Source: a virus
Taxonomy: Duplodnaviria > Caudoviricetes
DNA length: 38,767 bases
Virus record (IMG/VR): IMGVR_UViG_3300009194_000025
Span: 1-38,767 of that record
Strand: one strand, 5' to 3'
A program made the position numbers and the translations under genes. Shown piece after piece: positions 15,954 to 24,813 of the stretch (positions are counted from its first letter, which is position 1; each line of letters begins with the position of its first letter). The notes beneath the pieces were generated by a model. The model worked only from the letters and a program-made list of their open reading frames with translations. It did no database searches and was not told the origin of the DNA.

Positions 15954-16720
15954 GCCTCTGCTCCTTCTTCAAGCGCCAGAACCTGCTTGCGCTGTTCATC
16001 GGACAGCACCGCCTTGCTTTCCAACATTGCCACAATGTCACCGGCTGATTTCTTGCCGGACTCAACAATCTGCTGCCACTTGGCAAAGTTCTGCTCAAAG
16101 CTCTCTGAGCTATACGGCTCAAGGGCAGGGCGGGCCGCTTCCTTCGGCTGCTCATGCCGCTTCGCAATACCCATGTCCTGCTCCGGAATATCCCGCGCTT
16201 CCTCGACGGTAATCAGGCCGCCCAGGGCATCGGCAAACTTGTCGCGCAGGGCGTAGCCTCTGGCCCGCCACATCAGCATCCGTTTCGGGTAGGTTGTCCA
16301 TGGCCCTTGCTTTCCCCAAAGCCCAGCCTGTTGCGCGTCAGCTTGGCTGAACGTCACGGTATGCTTGGCGGTGTCACCTTTGCGCCAGACCGTGCAAGTG
16401 GCGGTCATGGTTTTCTCGTCCAGGTCTTCTTCGTGGCCGCCAAACTTCGGGTGGTTCTGGACCAGTGCCAGCAGGGCGTCACCGTAAATCGCCGGCTTTC
16501 CGTTAATGACCGCCACGTTGGCCAGGGACTGAATCGGGTTAAGCCCCAACTCGGAACCCATCATCATTGCCACCAGAGCATCCTGTGGCTTGCCCTGGTA
16601 GTTCTTCGGGACCATCTGGCTACCGGCCAGCATTTCGGCCATACGGAAAGCCTCATCCATGCTGTTCGGCTGAAGGGCAAATCCCATGCCGGTTGTTTTT
16701 GCTATTGCGCTACTCATCAC
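15950..16720 (-). CDS. RecT/Red-beta-like single-strand annealing protein
   Basis: Motifs ELGLNPIQ....AVINGKP and W...YPKRML..RA...LRD.F.D.LGG....EE; adjacent to YqaJ. Confidence 0.85.
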   Translation of the reverse strand: MMSSAIAKTTGMGFALQPNSMDEAFRMAEMLAGSQMVPKNYQGKPQDALVAMMMGSELGLNPIQSLANVAVINGKPAIYGDALLALVQNHPKFGGHEEDLDEKTMTATCTVWRKGDTAKHTVTFSQADAQQAGLWGKQGPWTTYPKRMLMWRARGYALRDKFADALGGLITVEEARDIPEQDMGIAKRHEQPKEAARPALEPYSSESFEQNFAKWQQIVESGKKSAGDIVAMLESKAVLSDEQRKQVLALEEGAEA

Positions 16721-17043
16721 ACTGCCTCCTTCTGATAAATGTGTGCTTCCGCCATGCCCCGAATATCCATCCGGCCAATAACTTCATTCACTGCCTTGGC
16801 CCGGACTTCCTTCAAAATCCGCACGGCTTCCATAGGATCTCGGTCAAGCATGGAAAATGCCAGTTCGATTTCGTCGCTACCCAGGTCATAGGCCGCCTCC
16901 ATTACGTCAAAGCCGGTCATGTTTTCGTGACGCAGCATTTCTGAAAGATTCTCTCGGGCTTGCTGCTCAAGCCGCTCCATTTCCAGTTCAACTTCGGCGG
17001 CCTGGTCCTGTTCGCGCTGGTGTTGCATGAATGAGGTTTTCAT
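16717..17043 (-). CDS. Hypothetical protein
   Basis: GAGG SD; coupled stop/start. Confidence 0.7.
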   Translation of the reverse strand: MKTSFMQHQREQDQAAEVELEMERLEQQARENLSEMLRHENMTGFDVMEAAYDLGSDEIELAFSMLDRDPMEAVRILKEVRAKAVNEVIGRMDIRGMAEAHIYQKEAV

Positions 17044-17114
17044 CTGCCAGTCCTCGCTTTTCTCATTACGAAATCAACATCTTCCAGCTTTGCGCTGTGG
17101 ATTGAGGTGTTCAA
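17040..17114 (-). CDS. 24-aa mini-ORF (MNTSIHSAKLEDVDFVMRKARTGR), truncated paralogue of 17401..17610
   Basis: TTGA and ATGA overlaps at both ends; 28/33 nt identity with the start of 17401..17610. Confidence 0.5.
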   Translation of the reverse strand: MNTSIHSAKLEDVDFVMRKARTGR

Positions 17115-17404
17115 GATTCACCTCTGGCTTTTGCCATCAGGGTTTCGACTTCGTTGAACTCTTGGCTTTCGGCGTAATGCGAGTCGTCTTCAAGCAAGTA
17201 GGAGTGCAGCATATCCAGCTTTTTATAAAGCTCTGGAGCCACTGCGATTAGATTCGCGTCTTCCTCCTTTCTGATGCCGAGCATCGGGCTGATAACGTCA
17301 TACTCGTCTGTCGCGACCGTGAAGCACGTCTCATTCGATGTTGGCGCGATCTGCTCAACCCGAACTTCCCATTGGCCTTTCGTCCATTTGTAAAGGCCCA
17401 TCAC
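17111..17404 (-). CDS. Hypothetical protein (common phage 'ANA.LIA.APEL' family)
   Basis: WTKGQW...DANLIAVAPELY...AKARGE; GGAGG SD. Confidence 0.75.
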   Translation of the reverse strand: MMGLYKWTKGQWEVRVEQIAPTSNETCFTVATDEYDVISPMLGIRKEEDANLIAVAPELYKKLDMLHSYLLEDDSHYAESQEFNEVETLMAKARGES

Positions 17405-17610
17405 GCCACCTCCCGCTCTACTCGCATCTGCTTCGCCAGACTCGCCAGGCCATTTGCAGCAGCCTGAACATCATCGGCAGAATCAAAGAACATGCTGAGC
17501 GTTCCGGTGCGTCCGCCTTGCTCGGCAAAGCTGGCCATGCCCGTTACTTCAAGGCTTGAGTCTGACGCCTGCACGGCTTCCAGTTTTGTGCTGTGAATTG
17601 ATGTATTCAT
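17401..17610 (-). CDS. Hypothetical protein (MNTSIHSTKL...)
   Basis: AGGGGG SD and ATGA overlap with the upstream ORF. Confidence 0.65.
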   Translation of the reverse strand: MNTSIHSTKLEAVQASDSSLEVTGMASFAEQGGRTGTLSMFFDSADDVQAAANGLASLAKQMRVEREVA

Positions 17611-17879
17611 GGATTTCCCCCTTGAATTTTCGCCCGCACTCGATCCGCGTACTGAACGGCGCGAACGTGGTTGTCGAGATCGTATGTGTTGATCCGCTTT
17701 CTCAGATACGCCGGCAAGTTGTAGAAATCGTCCTCGCCAGTACCTTTGTATCCGAACCTGCCATCTGAATGTTTCTTCTTTGTCTTCGGAATAGACCCTG
17801 CTGTCAGCCGGCTTTGCGCTCTGAAAAACTGCGTTTCTAAGTAGTTCACTTTGCTCTCCGCTTTGTGTTCTTGGTCCAT
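17607..17879 (-). CDS. First gene of the leftward operon, basic 90-aa hypothetical protein (possibly leaderless)
   Basis: ATG lies 7 nt downstream of the PL -10 box with no SD; stop is coupled to the next gene. Confidence 0.5.
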   Translation of the reverse strand: MDQEHKAESKVNYLETQFFRAQSRLTAGSIPKTKKKHSDGRFGYKGTGEDDFYNLPAYLRKRINTYDLDNHVRAVQYADRVRAKIQGGNP

Positions 17880-17886
17880 GTGCCAA

Positions 17887-17915
17887 ACATTAGCAGCGCT
17901 TACTTGCGCGCGCAA
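17887..17915 (-). promoter_or_regulatory. PL-like early promoter
   Basis: TTGCGC-N17-TAATGT with a TGn extension; spacer carries GTAAGCGCTGCTA. Confidence 0.7.
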
Positions 17916-17991
17916 CAGCAGAGATAAATATCTTGTCCTGTTTTTTGGTTTAATCTGAAATAATTAATCGGAAAATTCGATAACAGATAAA

Positions 17992-18020
17992 TTGTATCTT
18001 CCGGGTAGTGCTGCTAGCCT
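17992..18020 (+). promoter_or_regulatory. PR-like early promoter
   Basis: TTGTAT-N17-TAGCCT with a TGn extension; spacer carries GTAGTGCTGCTA; upstream of the cro SD AGGAGG. Confidence 0.7.
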
Positions 18021-18044
18021 AACTCAACAACAGGAGGTCGAGTA

Positions 18045-18239
18045 ATGCAGAAAATCAAACTTGAAGACTACTTGCTGGATAACACGCAATATAAGTGCGC
18101 AAAAGAAATCGGCGTCACCCCAAGCGCCATCTGGCAGATGCTGAGGGCTGGTCGGCACATAGAAATTACGGTGCATGATGACGGAAGCGTTGTGGCGCAC
18201 GAGATCAAGCCGATAGGCAAAAGCAAAGCGGCAGCGTGA
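18045..18239 (+). CDS. cro: Cro-family transcriptional repressor
   Basis: IKLEDY...TQ...AKEIGVTPSAIWQMLRAGRHIEITV..DGSV.A.EIKP closely follows the lambda Cro pattern; strong SD. Confidence 0.9.
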   Translation: MQKIKLEDYLLDNTQYKCAKEIGVTPSAIWQMLRAGRHIEITVHDDGSVVAHEIKPIGKSKAAA

Positions 18240-18646
18240 TGGAATTACGCGCGAGCCGGAGCGCGATTGAAAAGCCGGTGACGTTGCGGGCCTTCGTCAC
18301 ATAAGCGAACCGGGATGGGAACCGGAGGAAAAAAGCCGCTGCACACGCCTGAACCTCCTTGCCGCAGCAGTATCGCGGTTTTGCAGTACCCAGGGTGAGT
18401 GTGCCGAGTAGCTGCCGTAAGCAGCTCATCTGAAAGCGTCCGGATCGGGCTTTTTCAGATGCGGAAAGGGTTGGGGGATTCCTGGCCGGCGCATCAAAGC
18501 AGTGAACTTGTGAAGTAGCAGCTGTGCGACAGCTGGCCCCACGAAATACTCGCGTCATTCAAAGGTGGGGCAACCAAACAGGCACAAAAAAGCCCGGCAG
18601 GCTACCAACCAAATACCGGGCTTTCACTCAAAGAGCTGAGGTAATT

Positions 18647-19441
18647 ATGAGCAAAGACACCCCAAAGCGCAAGCCGATACCGCCAAAGGTGCGGTTTGAG
18701 GTTTTTAAGCGTGACTCCTTCAAGTGTCAGTACTGCGGGCAATCGTCCCCTGACGTGATTCTGCACGCTGACCATATCAAGCCAGTTTCAAAAGGTGGCG
18801 ATAACTCCATCATCAATCTGATTACTGCCTGCCAGGGCTGCAACTCTGGAAAGTCGAACGTAGAGCTGGACGATGGATCGGCTCTAGCTAAGCAGAAGGC
18901 TCAGATGGATGAGCTAAACGAGCGCCGCGAACAACTGCAAATGATGATGGATTGGCGTGCCAGCCTGAAGGATATGGACACGGAGGTTGTTGAGACTCTG
19001 GTTGACGAAATTGAGTCAGTTATGAGCACCCGCGAAGTGAACGAGCAGGGTGAGCGCTCCGTCCGGAAGTGGTTTAAGAAGTATGGCTATACGCTGCTCA
19101 GCGAGTGCATTGAGCTTTCGGCATCTCAGTACCTTCGCTTCGATGATGAAGGCAATTGCGAGGACCAGGCAGCTCAAAAGTTTTTCAGCATGATTCCACG
19201 AATAGCCGCCAACAAGATGAAGTTTGGCGACGACCCCGATATGGCCCGCCTGTACTACGCGCGCGGAATTCTGCGCAACCGCCTCAGCTACTGCAATGAC
19301 CAGATGGCAATTGACCTCATGATTGCCGCCAATGAAATTGTTGGCGACCCCGAAGAGATGGTTGAGCTTGCTAAGCGGGTGCGGAACTGGACGCAGTTTC
19401 GGGATCAAGTGGGCGAAATTATTAAAGGGGCAGAGCAATGA
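18647..19441 (+). CDS. HNH endonuclease-domain protein upstream of the replication gene
   Basis: RFEVFKRDSFKCQYCG...LHADHIKPVSKGG....NLITACQGCN.GKS; SD GAGGT before the ATG at 18647. Confidence 0.85.
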   Translation: MSKDTPKRKPIPPKVRFEVFKRDSFKCQYCGQSSPDVILHADHIKPVSKGGDNSIINLITACQGCNSGKSNVELDDGSALAKQKAQMDELNERREQLQMMMDWRASLKDMDTEVVETLVDEIESVMSTREVNEQGERSVRKWFKKYGYTLLSECIELSASQYLRFDDEGNCEDQAAQKFFSMIPRIAANKMKFGDDPDMARLYYARGILRNRLSYCNDQMAIDLMIAANEIVGDPEEMVELAKRVRNWTQFRDQVGEIIKGAEQ

Positions 19442-20337
19442 GAGCCAGAAATATCAAGCCGGGATTCTGGCGGAATGAGCAGTTGGTTGAGCAGCCTTTT
19501 CAGACACGCCTGCTTTTTATTGGTCTATGGAACCTTGCTGACAGAGAGGGGCGAGTCGAAAACCGCCCGAAGAAAATCAAGCTGGAAATCTTTCCGGCTG
19601 ACGACGTTGATATAAGCCTAGAAATTACGAGGCTTTCCGAGGCCGGCCTAGTAAAGGTATACGAGGCTGATGGCGTTAAATGCATTGAGGTCGTTAACTT
19701 CAAGAAGCACCAGAATCCGCATCACCGCGAAGCCGAAAGTGAATTGCCGCCAGCCCCTGAAAATAACGGCACTGACCCGCAACCTCCTGAAAATAAAGAA
19801 GCCCCGGAAAGCCCCGGACAAGCCCAAGGCCAGCCCGAGGAAAGCCGTGCTGAATCCGGATACCTGAATCCTGAATCCGGATACCGGATTCCTGAAAAAC
19901 AACACGGCGCATCTGCCGATGCTCAGCCGAGTGAGAATTCTCCACCCAAGCCAGTTAACCCCAAAACCCCGGCCATTGATTATTCATCCTGGCCAGAGCT
20001 GCCTGACGAGCAAATCCTCAAAGATTGGCTTCAGTCTCGGAAAAAGGCGAAAGCCACCCATAGCCAGACGGCTATCAATGCCATAGGCAAAGAGCTGCAC
20101 AAGGCTGTGGCGATGGGCTACACGGTCAACCAATGCGGGGAGGAAGCGGCCACCAGGGGCTGGCGCGGCTTCAAGGCTGAATGGTTGCAGGGATCGGTTG
20201 CCCCGGAAAACGGCCCGGGCAAAGGCATAACCGCCCACTTGCAAGCAGTCCCAACTTCCAGAGAGCAGCGAATCCACGAGCAGAACGTAGAGATTGGCCG
20301 CCAGTGGGCAGCAAGACGGAGGGCGCAAGGTGAATAA
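19438..20337 (+). CDS. Phage replication initiator (O-analogue)
   Basis: MRARNIKPGFW.NE...RLLFIGLW.LADREGR...F.KHQ; internal iteron-like repeats; C-terminal GWRGFKAEW. Confidence 0.85.
   Translation: MRARNIKPGFWRNEQLVEQPFQTRLLFIGLWNLADREGRVENRPKKIKLEIFPADDVDISLEITRLSEAGLVKVYEADGVKCIEVVNFKKHQNPHHREAESELPPAPENNGTDPQPPENKEAPESPGQAQGQPEESRAESGYLNPESGYRIPEKQHGASADAQPSENSPPKPVNPKTPAIDYSSWPELPDEQILKDWLQSRKKAKATHSQTAINAIGKELHKAVAMGYTVNQCGEEAATRGWRGFKAEWLQGSVAPENGPGKGITAHLQAVPTSREQRIHEQNVEIGRQWAARRRAQGE
19801..19895. repeat. Iteron-like repeats / probable replication origin
   Basis: GCCCCGGA twice plus AGCCC units, then a 7-mer array CTGAATC CGGATAC CTGAATC CTGAATC CGGATAC CGGATTC (19850-19891) inside the initiator gene. 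Confidence 0.6.
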
Positions 20338-21001
20338 CAACGAGATGGAAGACTTTGCTGAAATCTGGACGGCGGCCTATGCGGTTTATGGCAAGACCGT
20401 CAGCGACCCCATGCTGGACGTGGTATTCAGCGCTCTGAGCAGCTACAGCCTGCAGGATATCCGTCGCGGCCTGTCCGGCCATATCAAGAACCCGGACTCT
20501 GGCCAATTTCCGCCGAAGCCCGCTGATGTCATCAAGCACATTTCCGGAAACAGCCAGTCGGCAGCCGGTGAAGCCTGGGCGAAAGTCGATTACGCCATTC
20601 GGTGTGTTGGCAATTACCGCTCGGTGGTGTTCGATGACACAAAGATCCATGCGGCCATCGAGCGCCTGGGCGGCTGGGCGAAAGTGTCGACAACCACCAA
20701 CGACGAATATCCGTATCTGCAAAACCACTTTCTGAAGTTGTACCAGGGCTTCACTGTTCAGCCGCCCGAAGCATTCCCTCGCAAGTTGATGGGCTACTGT
20801 GAGCACCAGAACAGTCAGCAATCAGAGTTTGCCCGAGGAAAAGCGAAGGACGAGCCAGCGTTGATCGGCAACCCTGAGAAGGCTAGAGATGTTTATCATG
20901 GTGGCGGAGATCAGGGAATTGCTCAGATTACCCTGAATGGTGCCGGCGAATTTCTGGATCGGCTGGAAAATCAGCCTAAGCGGCTGGGAGGTGCGACTTG
21001 A
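20330..21001 (+). CDS. DUF6475-type replication-associated protein (helicase-loader position)
   Basis: GQFPPKPAD.I...AW.KV..AI..VG.YRSVVFDD..IHA.I..LGGW; GTG start with GGAGG SD. Confidence 0.75.
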   Translation: MNNNEMEDFAEIWTAAYAVYGKTVSDPMLDVVFSALSSYSLQDIRRGLSGHIKNPDSGQFPPKPADVIKHISGNSQSAAGEAWAKVDYAIRCVGNYRSVVFDDTKIHAAIERLGGWAKVSTTTNDEYPYLQNHFLKLYQGFTVQPPEAFPRKLMGYCEHQNSQQSEFARGKAKDEPALIGNPEKARDVYHGGGDQGIAQITLNGAGEFLDRLENQPKRLGGAT

Positions 21002-22614
21002 ACGCAGCAGTCCAGCCTTTGGTAGAGTCTCAGTTCTTCGCCCCGGCCAGCACGGATATGGTGGACGGTCTTGTTGGTCGCTACCGTGCCGAGCGTGACC
21101 GCATGGAGCGGGTAGTTGACTACGTGACCGGTGACGACTTCCGTGCCGTGGTCGGCTACTTCGAGGATGCCGCCCGGCGCAAGAACTATCGGGCCGTATC
21201 AACCCCTAGCTTCAAACTGGAGCAGGGCATAGCAGCACTCAATGCACATTACTGGCAGCAGGCCCTGAATCTGACCGATGTGCTGGATTTCATGCCGAGC
21301 AAGCGCCGTGAAGAGTGGTTCGACAGCATCCAGAAGATGGAGACCCCGGACTTTGAGGAATTGACTGTCCGGGCCACGCTGTCCGAGATGCTGGCCGCCA
21401 GGATGGATTTTTTAGCCGAGAAAGTGGACGGAATATTCCGGGCGTTGAGCAAAACGCACATCACAAACCAGCCGGAGGGGTTCAGCAAGCGGATGATCAT
21501 GTCCGGAGTGACAAATGATTGGGGCGTATACGGCAGGAGCAAGACCGGGCACATAAATGACCTGCGTCAAGTCATTGCCAAGCTCATGGGCCGCGATGAG
21601 CCGGACTGGAATGCCAGCAACCGTGTTGTAGAGATTGCCCGCAGCGACTTCCGGGGCGAGTGGGTGACACTTGACGGAGGGGCGCTGAAGATCCGTTGCT
21701 ACCTAAACGGAAACGCACACGTCGAGATCCACCCAGATATTGCATGGCGACTGAACGAGATACTGCACCACCTGTATCCGATGGCCATTCCGTCTCGGTT
21801 CCGCCAGAAGCCGAAGCGCAAGCTCAAGGAGCACGTTCTCATGGAGCGGCCCTTGCCTTTCGCCGTGCTGGAGGTACTACACCGAATGAAGCCGGAGCGG
21901 CATGAGGAATACCGAACAAATTATGGTGATCTACTTCCGCCAAAAACCACGAACCCGAACAATCTGGCATTCGATTTTTCAGACCGCGACAAAGGCGTAG
22001 CCTCAGAGATACACGACATTATGCTGATGCTGGGTGGCATCAAGATATCTGACAAAGGCAGTTCGTGGTATGAGTTTGACTATGACGCAGTTTCGGTCGT
22101 GAGAGAGATCGTGTGCAGCGGCTGCATCCCGGACCAGAAGAGCCACCAGTTCTATCCGACACCCGAGCATATCGCTCGGGATGCGGTGGAGATGGCAGAG
22201 ATTGGCCCAGATCATGATTGCCTGGAGCCTTCAGCCGGAACCGGAAACTTGGCAGATCAGATGGGAGCGTGCGGGAGTATCACCTGTGTCGAGGTGAGCC
22301 AACTTCATGCTGATGTATTGCGCGCCAAGGGATACTATGTAGAGCAAGTAGATTTTCTAAGCATGACAAGCCTGCGTGCATATCACAGGGTGATAATGAA
22401 CCCTCCGTACAGTCAGGGCCGATGGCAAGCCCATGTAGAGCATGCCGCAACGATGCTCAGACCTGATGGCATACTGGTAGCGATAGTGCCAGCCAGCGCA
22501 AAGGGCAAGGACGTGCTTCCAGGTATGAGTATTACATGGTCCCGCGTGTACGAAAACCAGTTCCGGGGCGCGTCAGTGGACGTGGTGATTATGAAAGCGG
22601 AGGCGACCGCATGA
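20998..22614 (+). CDS. DUF4942-domain N6-adenine DNA methyltransferase (orphan)
   Basis: Motifs QFYPTP, LEPSAG.G.LA and IMNPPY; N-terminal F..LS..H.TN...GF.KRMI...C.LNGN.H. Confidence 0.85.
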   Translation: MNAAVQPLVESQFFAPASTDMVDGLVGRYRAERDRMERVVDYVTGDDFRAVVGYFEDAARRKNYRAVSTPSFKLEQGIAALNAHYWQQALNLTDVLDFMPSKRREEWFDSIQKMETPDFEELTVRATLSEMLAARMDFLAEKVDGIFRALSKTHITNQPEGFSKRMIMSGVTNDWGVYGRSKTGHINDLRQVIAKLMGRDEPDWNASNRVVEIARSDFRGEWVTLDGGALKIRCYLNGNAHVEIHPDIAWRLNEILHHLYPMAIPSRFRQKPKRKLKEHVLMERPLPFAVLEVLHRMKPERHEEYRTNYGDLLPPKTTNPNNLAFDFSDRDKGVASEIHDIMLMLGGIKISDKGSSWYEFDYDAVSVVREIVCSGCIPDQKSHQFYPTPEHIARDAVEMAEIGPDHDCLEPSAGTGNLADQMGACGSITCVEVSQLHADVLRAKGYYVEQVDFLSMTSLRAYHRVIMNPPYSQGRWQAHVEHAATMLRPDGILVAIVPASAKGKDVLPGMSITWSRVYENQFRGASVDVVIMKAEATA

Positions 22615-22856
22615 CTGCAACATTGTCAGACAATCCCGCAGTACAGCGTAAGCCGGGCTGCTTCAACCGCTCCCGGTCTGCACTGAGTGCTCCGTATATC
22701 GTGCCTGCCGGCTTCAAGGAGGACGGCTCGAAGCGATATGCGACCGTCCGTACGGCTTGGAATAACGCGGCGTCTGGGGCGTGTCAGCACGCCTCAACGG
22801 ACGAGGGTAAGGCGGATCCGGATTGCGAAGGGTGTATTTGGAGGGTGAGCGAGTGA
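22611..22856 (+). CDS. Hypothetical Cys-containing protein
   Basis: GGAGG SD; ATGA coupling; GCFNR...CQH...DP.C.GC.WR. Confidence 0.65.
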   Translation: MTATLSDNPAVQRKPGCFNRSRSALSAPYIVPAGFKEDGSKRYATVRTAWNNAASGACQHASTDEGKADPDCEGCIWRVSE

Positions 22857-23104
22857 GCAGACGTTATCAGATCAAAACCGTTGTGGACTTTCTGAACGTC
22901 CCGAAGTACAAGCGGGCAGAGTGTCTGGCTGATTTTCAGGAATGGCTGTCGATCATGGACAACCACAAAGAGCTTGAAGAGTTATTGGATCAACTGGCCG
23001 ATACCAAGGGCGCCTTCCAGACTCAACACAACAGCTTCACCTGGATTGATGACGGCAAGCGTGGCGTGAGCGGTGTTGAGTTCAGCGTTAAGGGTGAGGA
23101 CTGA
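22853..23104 (+). CDS. Hypothetical protein
   Basis: GTGA coupling; YQIKTV.DFL.VP...CL.DF..W. Confidence 0.65.
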   Translation: MSRRYQIKTVVDFLNVPKYKRAECLADFQEWLSIMDNHKELEELLDQLADTKGAFQTQHNSFTWIDDGKRGVSGVEFSVKGED

Positions 23105-23107
23105 GCC

Positions 23108-23341
23108 ATGACAGAGCAAGAAGCATTCGACGCCAGAGCCCTGATGATGCTCGCCGGGCAGCAGCCCATGAGTTGCTCCGAGCTGGCCAGGCACCTGGGC
23201 AGCGATCCGCTTACAACCAGGGAATCGCTGAAGCGGCTGAAGAAGGCGAAAGAGGTGATTGAAATCGAGCGCCAGAGCGGCCCGCTTTTGTATGAGAAGG
23301 CGCATGGCGGCTATTCGCCTTGGCCTAAGGGGGCTGCGTGA
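23108..23341 (+). CDS. Small winged-HTH protein
   Basis: PMSCSELARHLG.....RESLKRL....VI. Confidence 0.65.
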   Translation: MTEQEAFDARALMMLAGQQPMSCSELARHLGSDPLTTRESLKRLKKAKEVIEIERQSGPLLYEKAHGGYSPWPKGAA

Positions 23342-24039
23342 TGGATCACTTTTCATTCTGCCCGAACTGCGGCTCAAACCGGATTCCCTGCGGTTGCGCA
23401 GCCGCACAACCCTGTAATTGGTGCCTCCGAAATCATCACCCGAGGGTTGCCTGCGAGGCCAAGGTGAAGGGGATCGAGAAGATTGTTAAGGGCGCCATGC
23501 AAGACGCGGAACGAGAGATTGAGCGGGAGAAGGTTATGAAAGCAGATTGGGACCAGGCCCCGGAGTGGGCAACAATGTTCGGTTTGGCTGGAATTAAAGA
23601 AATGCCTGTTTGGTACAACCTTCAGCAGTATCAGCACACTTCAGGCGCTCAATGTCACCGGATTTTTGCCTTTCATGAGGGGTGCGGATACCCGATACAC
23701 GCTATTCAGCGGATAGAAATGCGGCCAGCCAAGCCTGACCCCAGAGAGTGGAGGGAAAGCATCGTTGACCGGATCGGAGAGCTTGGCAATCAAGTTCATA
23801 ACTTAGGGTGCGACTGGCAGAACGACGAGGACATTTCTGACGAGCTGAGCCAAATCTCGGTGCAGCTTTGGGAGGTTCAGAAGCAAGCATATATCCGCAC
23901 CCAAGCCGAGCGGGAGCGGGAAGATCTGGCAAGCCTGTGTCGCGCCAAATTCAACCAGCACACCCCATCATCGAATCCGCACCTTTGGAAGCAGGTTGCT
24001 GACGCCATCCTAGCCGCTGGCTGGCGCAAGGAGGATTAA
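23338..24039 (+). CDS. Mosaic hypothetical protein (Cys-rich N-terminus, DW..APEWAT motif)
   Basis: Coupled ORF; CPNCG, DWDQAPEWAT and ADAILAAGWRK motifs. Confidence 0.7.
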   Translation: MMDHFSFCPNCGSNRIPCGCAAAQPCNWCLRNHHPRVACEAKVKGIEKIVKGAMQDAEREIEREKVMKADWDQAPEWATMFGLAGIKEMPVWYNLQQYQHTSGAQCHRIFAFHEGCGYPIHAIQRIEMRPAKPDPREWRESIVDRIGELGNQVHNLGCDWQNDEDISDELSQISVQLWEVQKQAYIRTQAEREREDLASLCRAKFNQHTPSSNPHLWKQVADAILAAGWRKED

Positions 24040-24506
24040 TGGCCAGCCTATCCAGAAAGATCACGGCCAGCAACCAGATCCCATTCGTCACGCAATGGGC
24101 GCAACAGGTGATTTCCAAGGCGCTTGAGGGCGGCCCGGTTCAAATCACCCTGGGGCGCGTGAGCAAGTCGCGGGATCAGGAGGCGCGTTATCACGCCATG
24201 ATCCACGACATTCACCAGCAATGCTTCCGGGGCTATTCCGCCGAAGGTGTGAAGGCGGTTCTGGTCAATCAGTTTTCCATCGAGCGCGCAGAACAGGGTG
24301 AACCCTTGGCGCATCCCGGGGAAAAGGTCTGGGACTGGAAAACCAAGGAGCCGGTGTATGTCCGGCCATCGACCAAGAAGTTCCGCAAGAAAGAGGCGTC
24401 GGACTTCATTGAGTTTCTTTATAGCGTGGGCAGCGAATTCAACGTCCAGTGGTCCGAAAAGGCCCTGGCAGTTTACGACGAGTTGATGGAGGCAAGGGTA
24501 GAATGA
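24039..24506 (+). CDS. ninB: NinB/Orf-family recombination protein
   Basis: KSRDQ.ARYHAM..DI..Q...STKKF.K.E.SDFIEFLYS.G.E..V.WS. Confidence 0.75.
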   Translation: MASLSRKITASNQIPFVTQWAQQVISKALEGGPVQITLGRVSKSRDQEARYHAMIHDIHQQCFRGYSAEGVKAVLVNQFSIERAEQGEPLAHPGEKVWDWKTKEPVYVRPSTKKFRKKEASDFIEFLYSVGSEFNVQWSEKALAVYDELMEARVE

Positions 24507-24634
24507 ATCCAGACAGAATCGAACGTCAGCAAGCAATCGGCGCGTGGCTTTCCGACAACTGCTGGAAGCCGCGAAATTCACTAAACGGAGTCAGCTTTGC
24601 GGAGCTGATGTGCCAATTGAGGGTCGAACAGTGA
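24503..24634 (+). CDS. Small hypothetical protein
   Basis: ATGA/GTGA coupling on both sides. Confidence 0.5.
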   Translation: MNPDRIERQQAIGAWLSDNCWKPRNSLNGVSFAELMCQLRVEQ

Positions 24635-24813
24635 CCAGCATCGGCCCAACCAGACTGTCAACCAAAGAGCAGGAATCCGCCGATATCGAGCGCCTGACAC
24701 GCGAGTATCTGCGCAAGGGCGGCAAGGTCGATCAGGCGGATTTGCGCAAGACCAAGACGGTTGACCTGACCTTCCGGCATTATTCGAGGGCGGCTATGGA
24801 GGATGTGAGATGA
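24631..24813 (+). CDS. Small hypothetical protein (..EYL.KGGKV motif)
   Basis: GTG start coupled to the previous stop; ATGA overlap with the next gene. Confidence 0.55.
   Translation: MTSIGPTRLSTKEQESADIERLTREYLRKGGKVDQADLRKTKTVDLTFRHYSRAAMEDVR

Noticed and set aside
17611-17915. ORF-track long starts 17886 and 17915
   Set aside because: They begin within or right beside the PL promoter elements; the starts at 17610 and 17879 fit better.
18524-18646. N-terminal extension of the HNH gene from GTG 18524
   Set aside because: Crosses a hairpin region; the ATG at 18647 has a clear GAGGT SD.
19801-19895. CRISPR-like or DGR repeat
   Set aside because: Short 7-14 nt tandem units without spacers, inside the initiator gene, fit iterons. 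No reverse transcriptase or cas gene in the window.
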